Shown in pieces: positions 54,573-63,171 of a stretch of 64,000 bases of DNA; the first letter of the stretch is position 1; every line of letters starts with the position of its first letter. Origin of the DNA: a virus (taxonomy: Duplodnaviria > Heunggongvirae > Uroviricota > Caudoviricetes). The notes beneath the pieces were generated by a model. The model saw only the letters and a list, made by a program, of their open reading frames with translations. It made no database searches and had not been told where the DNA came from. Location of the stretch: IMG/VR virus record IMGVR_UViG_3300028840_008153, positions 35,143 through 99,142 of that record. The stretch is one strand, 5' to 3'. The translations under genes and the position numbers were made by a program.

Positions 54573-57500
54573 CTACTTGACGATCACCCGATCGCCCAGC
54601 GAAATGTCGCCCTTCTTGTACGCCTTGATCACATCCGCCTTGCTGGCGAACACGCGCGGGGGCGTGTCCTTCTTCGCCGTGCTGGCGAGGTAAAGACCCA
54701 TCAGGAACTCCTGCTTCGGCAGGTAGTGAACCTTGAAATTGGACGATGACTTGAGGTTCTTGGACGGCAGCATCTTCTCAACCGCATCGGTCACGGCCTC
54801 GTCGGTGACAGGCACGTGGTAGTTCATCGCGTCGCCATCGAAGTCGGCATTGAAGCCCGGTGTCACCACGGGAGAGATCTGCAACGTCTCGCCCTTCGTG
54901 AGCACGGGCCACGCGGCCATGAAGCCGTAACGGTGAAGCGTGGGCGCGCGGTTGATCAGCACCGGGCGCTTCTGTGTCTCGGACACCAGCGCCTTTCTGG
55001 CAATCGGCGTCTGGTTGGCCACGGCCTCGGCTGCGGCCATCGCAGGCATGCCCTCGCGCACGAGCCTGCGCATGATGAACGGGCGATAGATGGTCCACGC
55101 CTTGGGCTCGGGCAGACCCACCTGATCCATGTTCAGATCCGGGTTGGGCGTGATGGTGGCCCGTCCCACGATGTCCACCGGAGCGCCAAGAACCCTGCGC
55201 TGGAACATGCCCAGCTTCGGGCTGGTGCCGAAAACGTGCTTCAGCAACCCCTTGACCTTCTTCTCCTTGGTCTTGGCCTGAACCGGATCGCCCAGCCCGG
55301 TGACGGCCTTGAAGGCGTTGTAGACCTGCAGCCGCTCGTCTGCGGACGAGTCCACGTCCACGACTTCCCGAATCTCCTTGAGCGTGTCGTTGGAGTTGAT
55401 CAGATCCTGGTAGAGCAGGTTCGCGTCAGCCACCAGCGGCACGTCCCTGTACTTGCCGATGGGACGGAAGGACGGCGGGATGACAGGCACCTTCGTCATC
55501 ACCCAGTCCTCGGGTCTGAGCTTGTTCTTCTGCATGTTCTTGAGGTAGCCCAGAACCTTCACGGCCTTGTCACGCTTGGAGCGCGGGCCCTCACGAATGA
55601 GCTGCTCGTTGGTGGCGATTGCATCATCCAAGTTGATGTCTGACAGCGCCTTATGAATGGCCTCGCCGCCATACTTGCCCTTGTACGGGACCTTGCCGCC
55701 GATCCACTGCTCGTACTGGTTCTGCGTGAGGTTCAGCAGCCGTCGAATGGGCTCCTCCATGACCGGATTGGGAATGGGTTCGCTCAGTTCGATATGGGAC
55801 CAACGCGCTCCCCCGTGCCCTCCGGTCAGCCCACGATCGAAGAGGCCGCCGCCAATCTCGTCCAGCGAGTCGCCCGCCACGGTCTTGGGGCTGGTCAGCC
55901 CGCCCGACGAGAGCTTGGTCACGTCCTTGTCGGTCATGGCGAACAGCTGCATCCGCTCGCCGTCCTTCTTGACGTTGATGCCGGCGCCCTGCAGGTGCGT
56001 GAGGAACTTGTCGTAGACCATCGGCACCTTCGGCGAAGGCGGCGTCAGGCCCAGACGGAAAGCCCGCCAGAAATCATCGTTGCGTTGCCCACGAATAACC
56101 TGCGCATCCCTGAGCACCTCGGTCGCGCCGTGAGAAAGGAGCGCGTTGATCTCCATGTTGGAGATGCGCTTGGCGCCGAACTCCCCGCCCTTGGCCGGTA
56201 GCCCCTCGCTGGTGTACGCGCCCACGTCACGCCCCCGCCCCTTGGATTCGGCGGTGTGGTGCAGTTTGTAGATGAAACGCTCGCCCGTGAGAATGTTTTT
56301 GACCTTGCGGCCCGTGGTGGGATCGAAGACGTCGTCGGTGTCCTTCATCCCGGCGTCCTGCAGTTCCTTCTTCACGAAGTCGACCATCGACTCTTCGCTG
56401 AAGCCTGGAACCTTGTATGCCTTGCCGCGCTTGCGGGCGATCTTGCCCAGCAGCGCCTCGTGGACCTGGGAGGGGTTGCCGCGCGAGATGATGCCCAACG
56501 GGTTGAGCAGGATGTGGTACGGATTCCCGTCCTTGTCGTGGACCATCTGGTCGTCGGGAATGATCTTGGCGATCACGCCCTTGTCGCCGTAGCGGCCGGC
56601 CAGCTTGTCCCCCTCGCGCGCGGGCATGTACGCCTTGACGGTGACGTTGTAGCCGCCGCCCTTGGTCTTGTCGATGTCGGTGACGACGCCCTCGGCCTCA
56701 TGGTTCCACGTGACGGCATTGTCGGAGAACATCGTTTTGTGGCCACGGTGGACGGCCGTGGGCTTGGCCTTGTTGAGCGAGAGAATCAGCGGGTCGCCGT
56801 ACTTCACCACGGTGCCGGGCTTGACCACACCCTTGCTGTCGATCGTGCCCAGCTGCTCCTTGTTGAACTGGCTCGGGTAGATGGAGACGTATTCCTTCCT
56901 GCCGGTCAGGATCGTGGGATCGCCCTCGACCTCGTGCTGGTACATGTGCTCCGAGGACATCATCTTGGCCGCGCTCTCGGAGACCACCACCGCGTCCTCG
57001 TAGTTGAGCCCCTTGTACGGCATGTAGGCCACCCGCAGGTTGTTGCCCATGGCCACGGCGCCCTTGTCATCCGTGTAGTTACTCTTGGCCAAAAGCTGGT
57101 TGGGCTTGATCTGGTCGCCGATCTGGACCACGGGCGTGTTGTGCAGGAAGGTCTTCCGATTGAACGGGAAGTTCTGGTAAAGCTCGTGGTTCTCCTTGGT
57201 TCCGTCGGCGTAGCGGACCTGCACGTAGTCCTTGCCAACGTCGGTAACCACGCCCCGGTCGCGTGCGCGCACCGCACCCACGCGCGTGCCCAGACGCTCA
57301 TCGAAGGACTCATCGCCCTCATCACCCACGAGGTTCTGGACCAGCGGCGCCTCGGGGTTCTTCAGCGGCAGCGACTGGATCACGTACTTGGCGCCCATCA
57401 GCAGGCGCCCGCCCTTGATGCCGCTGACCATCGGCGTCATGTTCGAGCTTGCCGTGAACATCTGCGAGGTCTTGGGCAGCTCGAAGTCCACCTGATCCCG

Positions 57501-60029
57501 GTCCACGAACTGGACCTGGCGGGAGCGGACCATGGCCCTGACCTTGGGCGTGTCCTTCGCCATTTCTCCGGGGAAGGCCACCACGGAAGCGGCGGCCTGC
57601 GCGGCCGAAACCATCTCGGGCTGACCCGTCTTGGGGTTGCGCATGGACGTGTAGAAGTGCCCATCGCTTCCGCGCACCACGCCTTCGGCAACCCTGGAGT
57701 CAACTCCGATCTTGGAGGACTCGGGAGCCCGGATCGGGTCGATGAACCCGAACTGGCTGGGCTGCACGTTCCTGGCTTCATCGGGCACCGCGTCAAGGCT
57801 GGGAATGCCGCCTTCGCCAAGGCGCAGGATGCGCAGGTTCTGGTCGTACAGCTCCATCGGGTTGACTTCTTCGACCGGCATGCCCATGCCGCTTTTCAGC
57901 AGCACGCTGTAAAGCTGGGGCGTGAGGGCGCCAGTCGGAATATGCTGGACGTTCCCCCGCAAGGTGGAACGCCACAGCATCTTCCGTCCCAGTTGCCCGG
58001 CATCCTTGCGGATGCGTTCGGCGAAGAAGTCCTCTGGCGAATGCAGCGTCTGGAAGGCCAGCGAATCACGATCGTCGATCTCTTCCTTCTTGTTGAAGAT
58101 GTTGAGCAGCTTCTGCGACGTGCGAAGCAGTGCCGAAGGCCCGGCGTGACGGTGACGTTCGCCCAGCGTGATGTCCGTCGTGTCCTCGTCCAGTTCCATC
58201 TTGTTGAAGACGTTCAGCAGCCCCTCGCCCTGTTCGTTCGGAGCGCCCAACGTGAAGCCGCCGCCAACGCCGGCCGCCGCACGCTTGCAGCCGAAGATCT
58301 CCTCGGCGCGCTTGATGGGCGTGTTGGGCTTGTGCACGGCGAACGTGATGTGGAAGCGGTACTCGTGCCCGTTGTCCTCGCCCTTCGGCAGCGGGGTCAG
58401 CCCCAGGCTCTTGCGGTAGTTCTTCAGGTCCGGGCTGTCACACTCGATGAACCAGACCCGGTCGACATCCTTCCATCCCGCAGGCGACAGGCTCACAAGA
58501 CGCTTCAGAGCGAAACGCGCGGGCGTGCCGTCCCGGGCAAAGCCTTTCCACTTCATGGGGCCGTGCTTCTTGTAAATCTTCTTGGCCTCGTCCGCTCGCA
58601 CCAGTGTGATGTGGGGAGAATTGGGGGTGCGTTCACACTCAACGCCCTCTCCCTTGAGAGAGGACAGCGCCGCATCCACCAGTCCCTTGTGGACATCCAG
58701 GTAGACCCACGGCTCACCCTTCTTGCCGATCTCCGCGCGAATGGTGCCACGGAACCAGAGGCGCTGCCATTTGCGGTCCGACTCGCGTGCGCCGATCTTG
58801 GCTTCCTTCTGCCACGAAGCCTTCTTCAGCACCATCTTGCCGATGACCTGCTTCTGTATCTTGTCCCAGGACGGAAGCGCGCTGATGCCACGATCATCCA
58901 CGTAGACGTCGGCCGTGACCTTGCCCGAACTGTACGGAGGCTGATCCGGGTTCTCGTTGATGTAATCGTAGGGAAGATCGTGCTTATGCAGGTAGTCCCC
59001 GATCAGCTTCTTGTCGCCACGGACCGTGAAGATGATGATCCGGTAGCCAAGGCGCTGGAACTCCTTCAGAGCCTTCTGCACGCCCGGGCGGGGCTTCGGA
59101 ATGCTCTTGGCATCGAACTTCTTGTACATCGTGGCGATCGTGCCGTCGAGGTCAATGGCCACGGTCGGAGGGCGTGTTCTGTCGGCAGCCGCCTTGGACT
59201 GCTGTTGCTGCAGCTTTTCCTTGTCGAGCTGCAGTATCTCCCTGTTGGCCTTCTGCTCGGACTGCGCGTCCTCCTGCAGGTCACGGCGGTTGACCAGCGA
59301 CGTGAAGGCACGGCCGACGGCGCCAGGGTCATCGGCCTGCGCGTTGGCCTGCAGCAGTTCGTTGCCCCAGTATTGGCGGATGTCCCTGTCCTGCACGCCC
59401 ATGGCCTTCAGGATCGGGTAGAGCTTCAGCGTCGATTGGCCCACACGCAGGCGGAAAAGCCCGGTCTGCGGCTCCATGTAGACGCGAAAGGACGGCCCCG
59501 TGCCCGGCTTGACATTAACATGCGCTTCCAGGGTTCCGTTGTCCTTGACTCGCGTGTAAACGCCGGGCCGAAGCCGCATCTGGTTGGCCACCGTGTACTC
59601 GTTGCCACGGTAGATGAATGTCCCACGATCGGTGGCGTAGGGCACGTGCGCGATGGTGCCGGCCTTGCGGTCCATCAACTTGTTGGTGGCCTTGTCGAAC
59701 AGGTGCCACTCGCCCGTGATCTTCCGCTCCAGCGACTTGCCCTGCATGATGGCCTTCTTCTGGTCGGCCAGCGAGAAGCGGTCCTTCTTGTCGAGGGCGA
59801 CGTTGCGAAGCTCAAGCCTGTAGCGGCTGTTCTCAAGCGGGTAGGCGGTGGACAGCGTGTCCATGACGTTGTTGAAGATGCCGTCACGCATCGTCTTGTT
59901 GTCGCCGAACCCACGGTAGGAGACGGGTTCGACGGGACGCAGCGGCAGCGGCTCCGGCGGCTTCACGGCTGGAGCGACCGGGGGCGCTGCCTCCTTAACG
60001 ATGCACAGCACGTCATCAAGTATCGCCAT
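54573..60029 (-). CDS. rpoBC: RNA polymerase beta::beta'(N-half) fusion with inserted HAD and 2H domains
   Basis: beta motifs GNNLRVAYMPYKGLNYED, GDKLAGRYGDKGV, LNPLGIISR and KLHH; beta' motifs HIEL, VPVIPPSFRP, NRAPTLH and catalytic NADFDGD (54851-54831). Confidence 0.95.
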   Translation of the reverse strand: MAILDDVLCIVKEAAPPVAPAVKPPEPLPLRPVEPVSYRGFGDNKTMRDGIFNNVMDTLSTAYPLENSRYRLELRNVALDKKDRFSLADQKKAIMQGKSLERKITGEWHLFDKATNKLMDRKAGTIAHVPYATDRGTFIYRGNEYTVANQMRLRPGVYTRVKDNGTLEAHVNVKPGTGPSFRVYMEPQTGLFRLRVGQSTLKLYPILKAMGVQDRDIRQYWGNELLQANAQADDPGAVGRAFTSLVNRRDLQEDAQSEQKANREILQLDKEKLQQQQSKAAADRTRPPTVAIDLDGTIATMYKKFDAKSIPKPRPGVQKALKEFQRLGYRIIIFTVRGDKKLIGDYLHKHDLPYDYINENPDQPPYSSGKVTADVYVDDRGISALPSWDKIQKQVIGKMVLKKASWQKEAKIGARESDRKWQRLWFRGTIRAEIGKKGEPWVYLDVHKGLVDAALSSLKGEGVECERTPNSPHITLVRADEAKKIYKKHGPMKWKGFARDGTPARFALKRLVSLSPAGWKDVDRVWFIECDSPDLKNYRKSLGLTPLPKGEDNGHEYRFHITFAVHKPNTPIKRAEEIFGCKRAAAGVGGGFTLGAPNEQGEGLLNVFNKMELDEDTTDITLGERHRHAGPSALLRTSQKLLNIFNKKEEIDDRDSLAFQTLHSPEDFFAERIRKDAGQLGRKMLWRSTLRGNVQHIPTGALTPQLYSVLLKSGMGMPVEEVNPMELYDQNLRILRLGEGGIPSLDAVPDEARNVQPSQFGFIDPIRAPESSKIGVDSRVAEGVVRGSDGHFYTSMRNPKTGQPEMVSAAQAAASVVAFPGEMAKDTPKVRAMVRSRQVQFVDRDQVDFELPKTSQMFTASSNMTPMVSGIKGGRLLMGAKYVIQSLPLKNPEAPLVQNLVGDEGDESFDERLGTRVGAVRARDRGVVTDVGKDYVQVRYADGTKENHELYQNFPFNRKTFLHNTPVVQIGDQIKPNQLLAKSNYTDDKGAVAMGNNLRVAYMPYKGLNYEDAVVVSESAAKMMSSEHMYQHEVEGDPTILTGRKEYVSIYPSQFNKEQLGTIDSKGVVKPGTVVKYGDPLILSLNKAKPTAVHRGHKTMFSDNAVTWNHEAEGVVTDIDKTKGGGYNVTVKAYMPAREGDKLAGRYGDKGVIAKIIPDDQMVHDKDGNPYHILLNPLGIISRGNPSQVHEALLGKIARKRGKAYKVPGFSEESMVDFVKKELQDAGMKDTDDVFDPTTGRKVKNILTGERFIYKLHHTAESKGRGRDVGAYTSEGLPAKGGEFGAKRISNMEINALLSHGATEVLRDAQVIRGQRNDDFWRAFRLGLTPPSPKVPMVYDKFLTHLQGAGINVKKDGERMQLFAMTDKDVTKLSSGGLTSPKTVAGDSLDEIGGGLFDRGLTGGHGGARWSHIELSEPIPNPVMEEPIRRLLNLTQNQYEQWIGGKVPYKGKYGGEAIHKALSDINLDDAIATNEQLIREGPRSKRDKAVKVLGYLKNMQKNKLRPEDWVMTKVPVIPPSFRPIGKYRDVPLVADANLLYQDLINSNDTLKEIREVVDVDSSADERLQVYNAFKAVTGLGDPVQAKTKEKKVKGLLKHVFGTSPKLGMFQRRVLGAPVDIVGRATITPNPDLNMDQVGLPEPKAWTIYRPFIMRRLVREGMPAMAAAEAVANQTPIARKALVSETQKRPVLINRAPTLHRYGFMAAWPVLTKGETLQISPVVTPGFNADFDGDAMNYHVPVTDEAVTDAVEKMLPSKNLKSSSNFKVHYLPKQEFLMGLYLASTAKKDTPPRVFASKADVIKAYKKGDISLGDRVIVK
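58290..58780 (-). other. 2H phosphoesterase domain inserted in RNAP beta
   Basis: Two HxT motifs 87 aa apart: PHITLV (58613-58605) and FHITFA (58352-58344). Confidence 0.8.
58830..59175 (-). other. HAD-superfamily phosphatase domain inserted in RNAP beta
   Basis: Motif I VAIDLDGT (59153-59139), motif II IIIFTVR, motif IV VYVDDR (58898). Confidence 0.85.
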
Positions 60030-60031
60030 GT

Positions 60032-61228
60032 TCAGGTCCGAAGGTTGGCTTCAGTATCGACGGGCTCCGGCACCTCGACCAGGATCGGGGCCGGCTGCCG
60101 CATGCGCTTCTTGCGCAGCTCCTCCTTGACGGCTTTGTACTTCTGCTGGCGCGGATCACGTGACTTGACCCAGCTTTCCGAAGCCGTGTGCGCGCCGTAG
60201 CCCAGCAGGGACGCCAACGCCAGGTAGGCGCCCAGTGCCTGATTGATCTCGCCCTGCGCGCTTTTCACGTGCGCCTGGGCCAGCCCGTCGATCAGCTCCC
60301 CGGCCGTTTTTGCCGTCTTGCGCGCCGCGTACTCCGCAGCCAACGCCTTCTCATACTCCTTCTGAGCCTTGGCGATGGCCTTCTCCGTCTCTTCGGCCCG
60401 CAGGATGTCGGCGTCCTCGTCGGCCTGGGAAAAACCCTCATGGAAGGCTTTGGGCACCGTGGTGGCAAGTCTCGGGTAGTACGAGACCAGCGTGCTGGGA
60501 TCGTCCGTCACGCGGCGTGCCTCACGCGTCTTCTCGGAGATGGTGCGGGCAGCCTCGGCCAGAGCGCTCTCGGCGGCCATGCCCACGGGCGCGAACATCT
60601 CGCCCAGCACGCCGCCTTCCTTCTCGCGCAGCTCCTCAGCCTCTTCCCTCGTCTCCTCGGCCTCGCCTTCCATCGCATCCAGCCGATTGTAGTAATCGGG
60701 AATCTCTTCGAGATGATCCTTGGCGATCTCCTTGGAGCGTTCGGGATCGCTGGTGTGTTCCATCTCGACCCTTACGCCCCTTGAAAGCTCACGAAGGTCG
60801 TACCGGGTGTCAGGCTTCCTGTCGGCCAGACCGCCCGCCAGAAGATCAGCCTGCTTCGAGCGCAAACGGGGCTCATACCAGCCCTGCTTGATGGCCGGCA
60901 GGTCCACGACCACCTCGCGTCCCGGCATGCCTCTGCCCACGTCACGAAGAAGAGGCTCTTCCTCCTCGCGCTTGCGTGCGCGCATGCTGTAGCCCATGCT
61001 GCGAGCACGTTCCTGCAGGTCCTCGATGTTGGCCTGGGCTTTCTGCTCGGCTTCTTCCTCGCTGGGCAGAATGAACGGGCGCAGCCGTGCCTTCTGCTTC
61101 TCCAGATCGGTCTTCCACTCGGGCGTGTCTCCCCTTTGAGCCAGCAGGGAATTGAGCATCCCCTTCCAGTCGATACCGCCGCTTTCGGCCAGCATCATCT
61201 CATTGGCCCGCTTTGCGAATTCACCCAT
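60032..61228 (-). CDS. Inner-head-type protein with a DUF5661-like module
   Basis: ATG 61228 overlaps the upstream stop; GVRVEMEHT...IAKDHLEEIPDYY at about 60856-60670; hydrophobic helix near the C-end. Confidence 0.6.
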   Translation of the reverse strand: MGEFAKRANEMMLAESGGIDWKGMLNSLLAQRGDTPEWKTDLEKQKARLRPFILPSEEEAEQKAQANIEDLQERARSMGYSMRARKREEEEPLLRDVGRGMPGREVVVDLPAIKQGWYEPRLRSKQADLLAGGLADRKPDTRYDLRELSRGVRVEMEHTSDPERSKEIAKDHLEEIPDYYNRLDAMEGEAEETREEAEELREKEGGVLGEMFAPVGMAAESALAEAARTISEKTREARRVTDDPSTLVSYYPRLATTVPKAFHEGFSQADEDADILRAEETEKAIAKAQKEYEKALAAEYAARKTAKTAGELIDGLAQAHVKSAQGEINQALGAYLALASLLGYGAHTASESWVKSRDPRQQKYKAVKEELRKKRMRQPAPILVEVPEPVDTEANLRT

Positions 61229-61709
61229 CGGTCTTGGCCCCCGGCGTCTCAACCATGTAACCGTAATAGAGAATCCAGCGTATGAAGACACGCCAGCTCT
61301 TGATCGCGTTGTCGTACTTGCGTTCCTCGACGGAGATCTGCGCGAACCCGTTGCCCACCAGCTGGAGGATCTGCTGGTAATACCGCATGTCCTCTTCGTT
61401 GGAGAGATCCAGCACGTTTGCGAAGATCTGCTGCCCCACCTGCGGGCGGAACTTGTCGGGGTCGGCCTCCTTCAGATCCGGGATCGAATCGCCCCGGAAC
61501 GGCAGCCCTTCCAGTCCCGGCAACACCATCGGCTGCGTGAAAACCCCAGCCGGGTCAATGAGCTTGTCAGGCAGCTTGGCCCGCCCCCGCTTGTCCATCG
61601 AGATCTTCAGCGACGGGGCGGCCGGAGCGGCGGGAGCAGGTGTCCCCGCCGTCACCTCCTTGGCTTCCTTGGCTTCCTTGGCCTTGTCACCATTCTTGGG
61701 CAGGATCAC
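61221..61709 (-). CDS. Hypothetical protein
   Basis: GTGA overlap start; 162 aa; folded C-domain. Confidence 0.6.
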   Translation of the reverse strand: MILPKNGDKAKEAKEAKEVTAGTPAPAAPAAPSLKISMDKRGRAKLPDKLIDPAGVFTQPMVLPGLEGLPFRGDSIPDLKEADPDKFRPQVGQQIFANVLDLSNEEDMRYYQQILQLVGNGFAQISVEERKYDNAIKSWRVFIRWILYYGYMVETPGAKTDG

Positions 61710-62086
61710 TTGTACTGGCCTTTCTCATGAAGGGCCCGACGCAGCTTGACCTCTTTGGTCAGCCGCTTGATCAACTCCAGTTTTTCCTTTTGGTGGAGGG
61801 CTTCGATGTCTTCGGACGAAGGGGCGTCGGCCAGCCCGCTCATCGCGCCCGTGGCCGTGCCTACGGCCAGCGGGGCGAGAACTGCCCCTTCGAGCCCCAG
61901 CTTGCCGGCCTGGCCGGCAAGCGATGCACCCGAGCCCATGGCGCCCGTAGCCAGATTGGCCAGCGCCAACGCGGAAAGCCCGGCAGCCTCCTTGAAGAAC
62001 TCACCGGGCAGCACGCCCAACTCGGCCAGCTTCTTGAGAAAGCCGACCTTGTAGGCGTTTGCTCGTTCTCGATCGACAGCCGTCAT
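61706..62086 (-). CDS. Small Gly/Ala-rich hydrophobic protein
   Basis: AGGAGG RBS; AYKVGFLKKLAE...FFKEAAG followed by hydrophobic Gly/Ala segments. Confidence 0.65.
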   Translation of the reverse strand: MTAVDRERANAYKVGFLKKLAELGVLPGEFFKEAAGLSALALANLATGAMGSGASLAGQAGKLGLEGAVLAPLAVGTATGAMSGLADAPSSEDIEALHQKEKLELIKRLTKEVKLRRALHEKGQYK

Positions 62087-62122
62087 GATCACCTCCTATG
62101 CATTTCGGAACGGGTTCCGAAA

Positions 62123-63169
62123 TCAGGCCGTGACCAAGCGATCAATCAGCCCCTTGCATTCCTCGCCAACCGGGCCCTCAACCTGAGCGCCCTTCTCCAG
62201 CAGATCGGCGACCTGCTCGCCGTCGAGGTTGTTTTCCAGGCAATACTGGATGATGCCGTCGGTGAAGGGCGTGCCGAGATTGGCTTCCTTCTTCTCCGGC
62301 TCTTCCTTCTTCTCCGGCTCTTCCTTCTTGGCCGTGCTCTCTTCCTTCTGAGGGGCTTCCTTCTTGGGTGCCTGGGCAACAGGCTGTTCGCCCTCACCGC
62401 CGCCGCCTGAGAGTGCCTTGTAGCCGCCGTAGCCCGCGCCAAGCGTACCAAGAGCGCCGGCTCCGGCCGTCGCGCCGCCCAGGCCCGTAAGACGGCTTTC
62501 CAGACCCTTTTCGGCCACACCCTTCATGCGCCCGGGCATCTCCTGCACGCGGGTGCGCGCGATGGGCGTGCCAAAACGCTCCACCCCCTTGGTTCCCTGC
62601 CCGATCAGATCCAGCCCCCCTTCGATGGGCTTCGCCGCGCCATAACCCAAACGCAGCAGGAGTTCCCGTGCCCTGTCGAGCAGTGGTCCTGCCCGTTTCT
62701 CCGCTGAAGTCTTCACACCTTCCTCCTCTCCACCAATCAGGCTTCGGAGGCCACGATAGCCGCCGTAAAGACCAAGACCGCCCGTACCGATCGTTCCAAG
62801 ACCAAGCGCCTGCATGAGCTTGCGGTCACCGCGCAAAAGAGCGTCCACAGCCTCCGGTGCAAACTGGCGCTTTCCTCGCCCTTCCATGAAACCAAACAAC
62901 GTCTCTGCTTTCGCAGCTGTTGGGTCCGTAAAGCGTTCGGCGGCTCGCCCAACACGCCGGCCCGCTCCGGTTGCACCAACTCCTTTTAGCCCCTTGGAAA
63001 CCAACGGAGCCGCAGCAGCGCCAAGCTCGCCCACGCCCTGGGAAGCTAACGCAGCAAGCCCTCGGAGCCCAAGCGCTTGCTTGACGTAGGGAGCAAGCAC
63101 CTCGGCCTTCTTCATCTTCTTCTTGGCTTTCTTCTTGGACTTCGAGCCGTGAGTGGTTCCGCAGGGCAT
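62123..63169 (-). CDS. Glycine-zipper protein with basic N-terminus
   Basis: GGAGG RBS; YVKQALG; two repeated units each ending in G-rich YGGY hydrophobic segments. Confidence 0.6.
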   Translation of the reverse strand: MPCGTTHGSKSKKKAKKKMKKAEVLAPYVKQALGLRGLAALASQGVGELGAAAAPLVSKGLKGVGATGAGRRVGRAAERFTDPTAAKAETLFGFMEGRGKRQFAPEAVDALLRGDRKLMQALGLGTIGTGGLGLYGGYRGLRSLIGGEEEGVKTSAEKRAGPLLDRARELLLRLGYGAAKPIEGGLDLIGQGTKGVERFGTPIARTRVQEMPGRMKGVAEKGLESRLTGLGGATAGAGALGTLGAGYGGYKALSGGGGEGEQPVAQAPKKEAPQKEESTAKKEEPEKKEEPEKKEANLGTPFTDGIIQYCLENNLDGEQVADLLEKGAQVEGPVGEECKGLIDRLVTA

Positions 63170-63171
63170 GG

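Noticed and set aside
58260-59270. RNAP insertion as an intein or intron
   Set aside because: No N-terminal Cys/Ser splice block, no His-Asn end, no homing endonuclease motif; the frame is continuous and encodes HAD and 2H folds.
48948-60029. Bacterial chromosomal rpoBC locus or host contamination
   Set aside because: No ribosomal protein or nusG neighbours; motifs are strongly diverged; genes are tightly coupled to phage head-module ORFs.
56256-60200. 1314-aa plus-strand ORF (also 29724..31274, 43469..45010, 14410..15843, 49611..50999 and other plus-strand ORFs)
   Set aside because: Antisense shadows of GC-rich minus-strand genes: no recognisable motifs, and they mirror well-supported genes.
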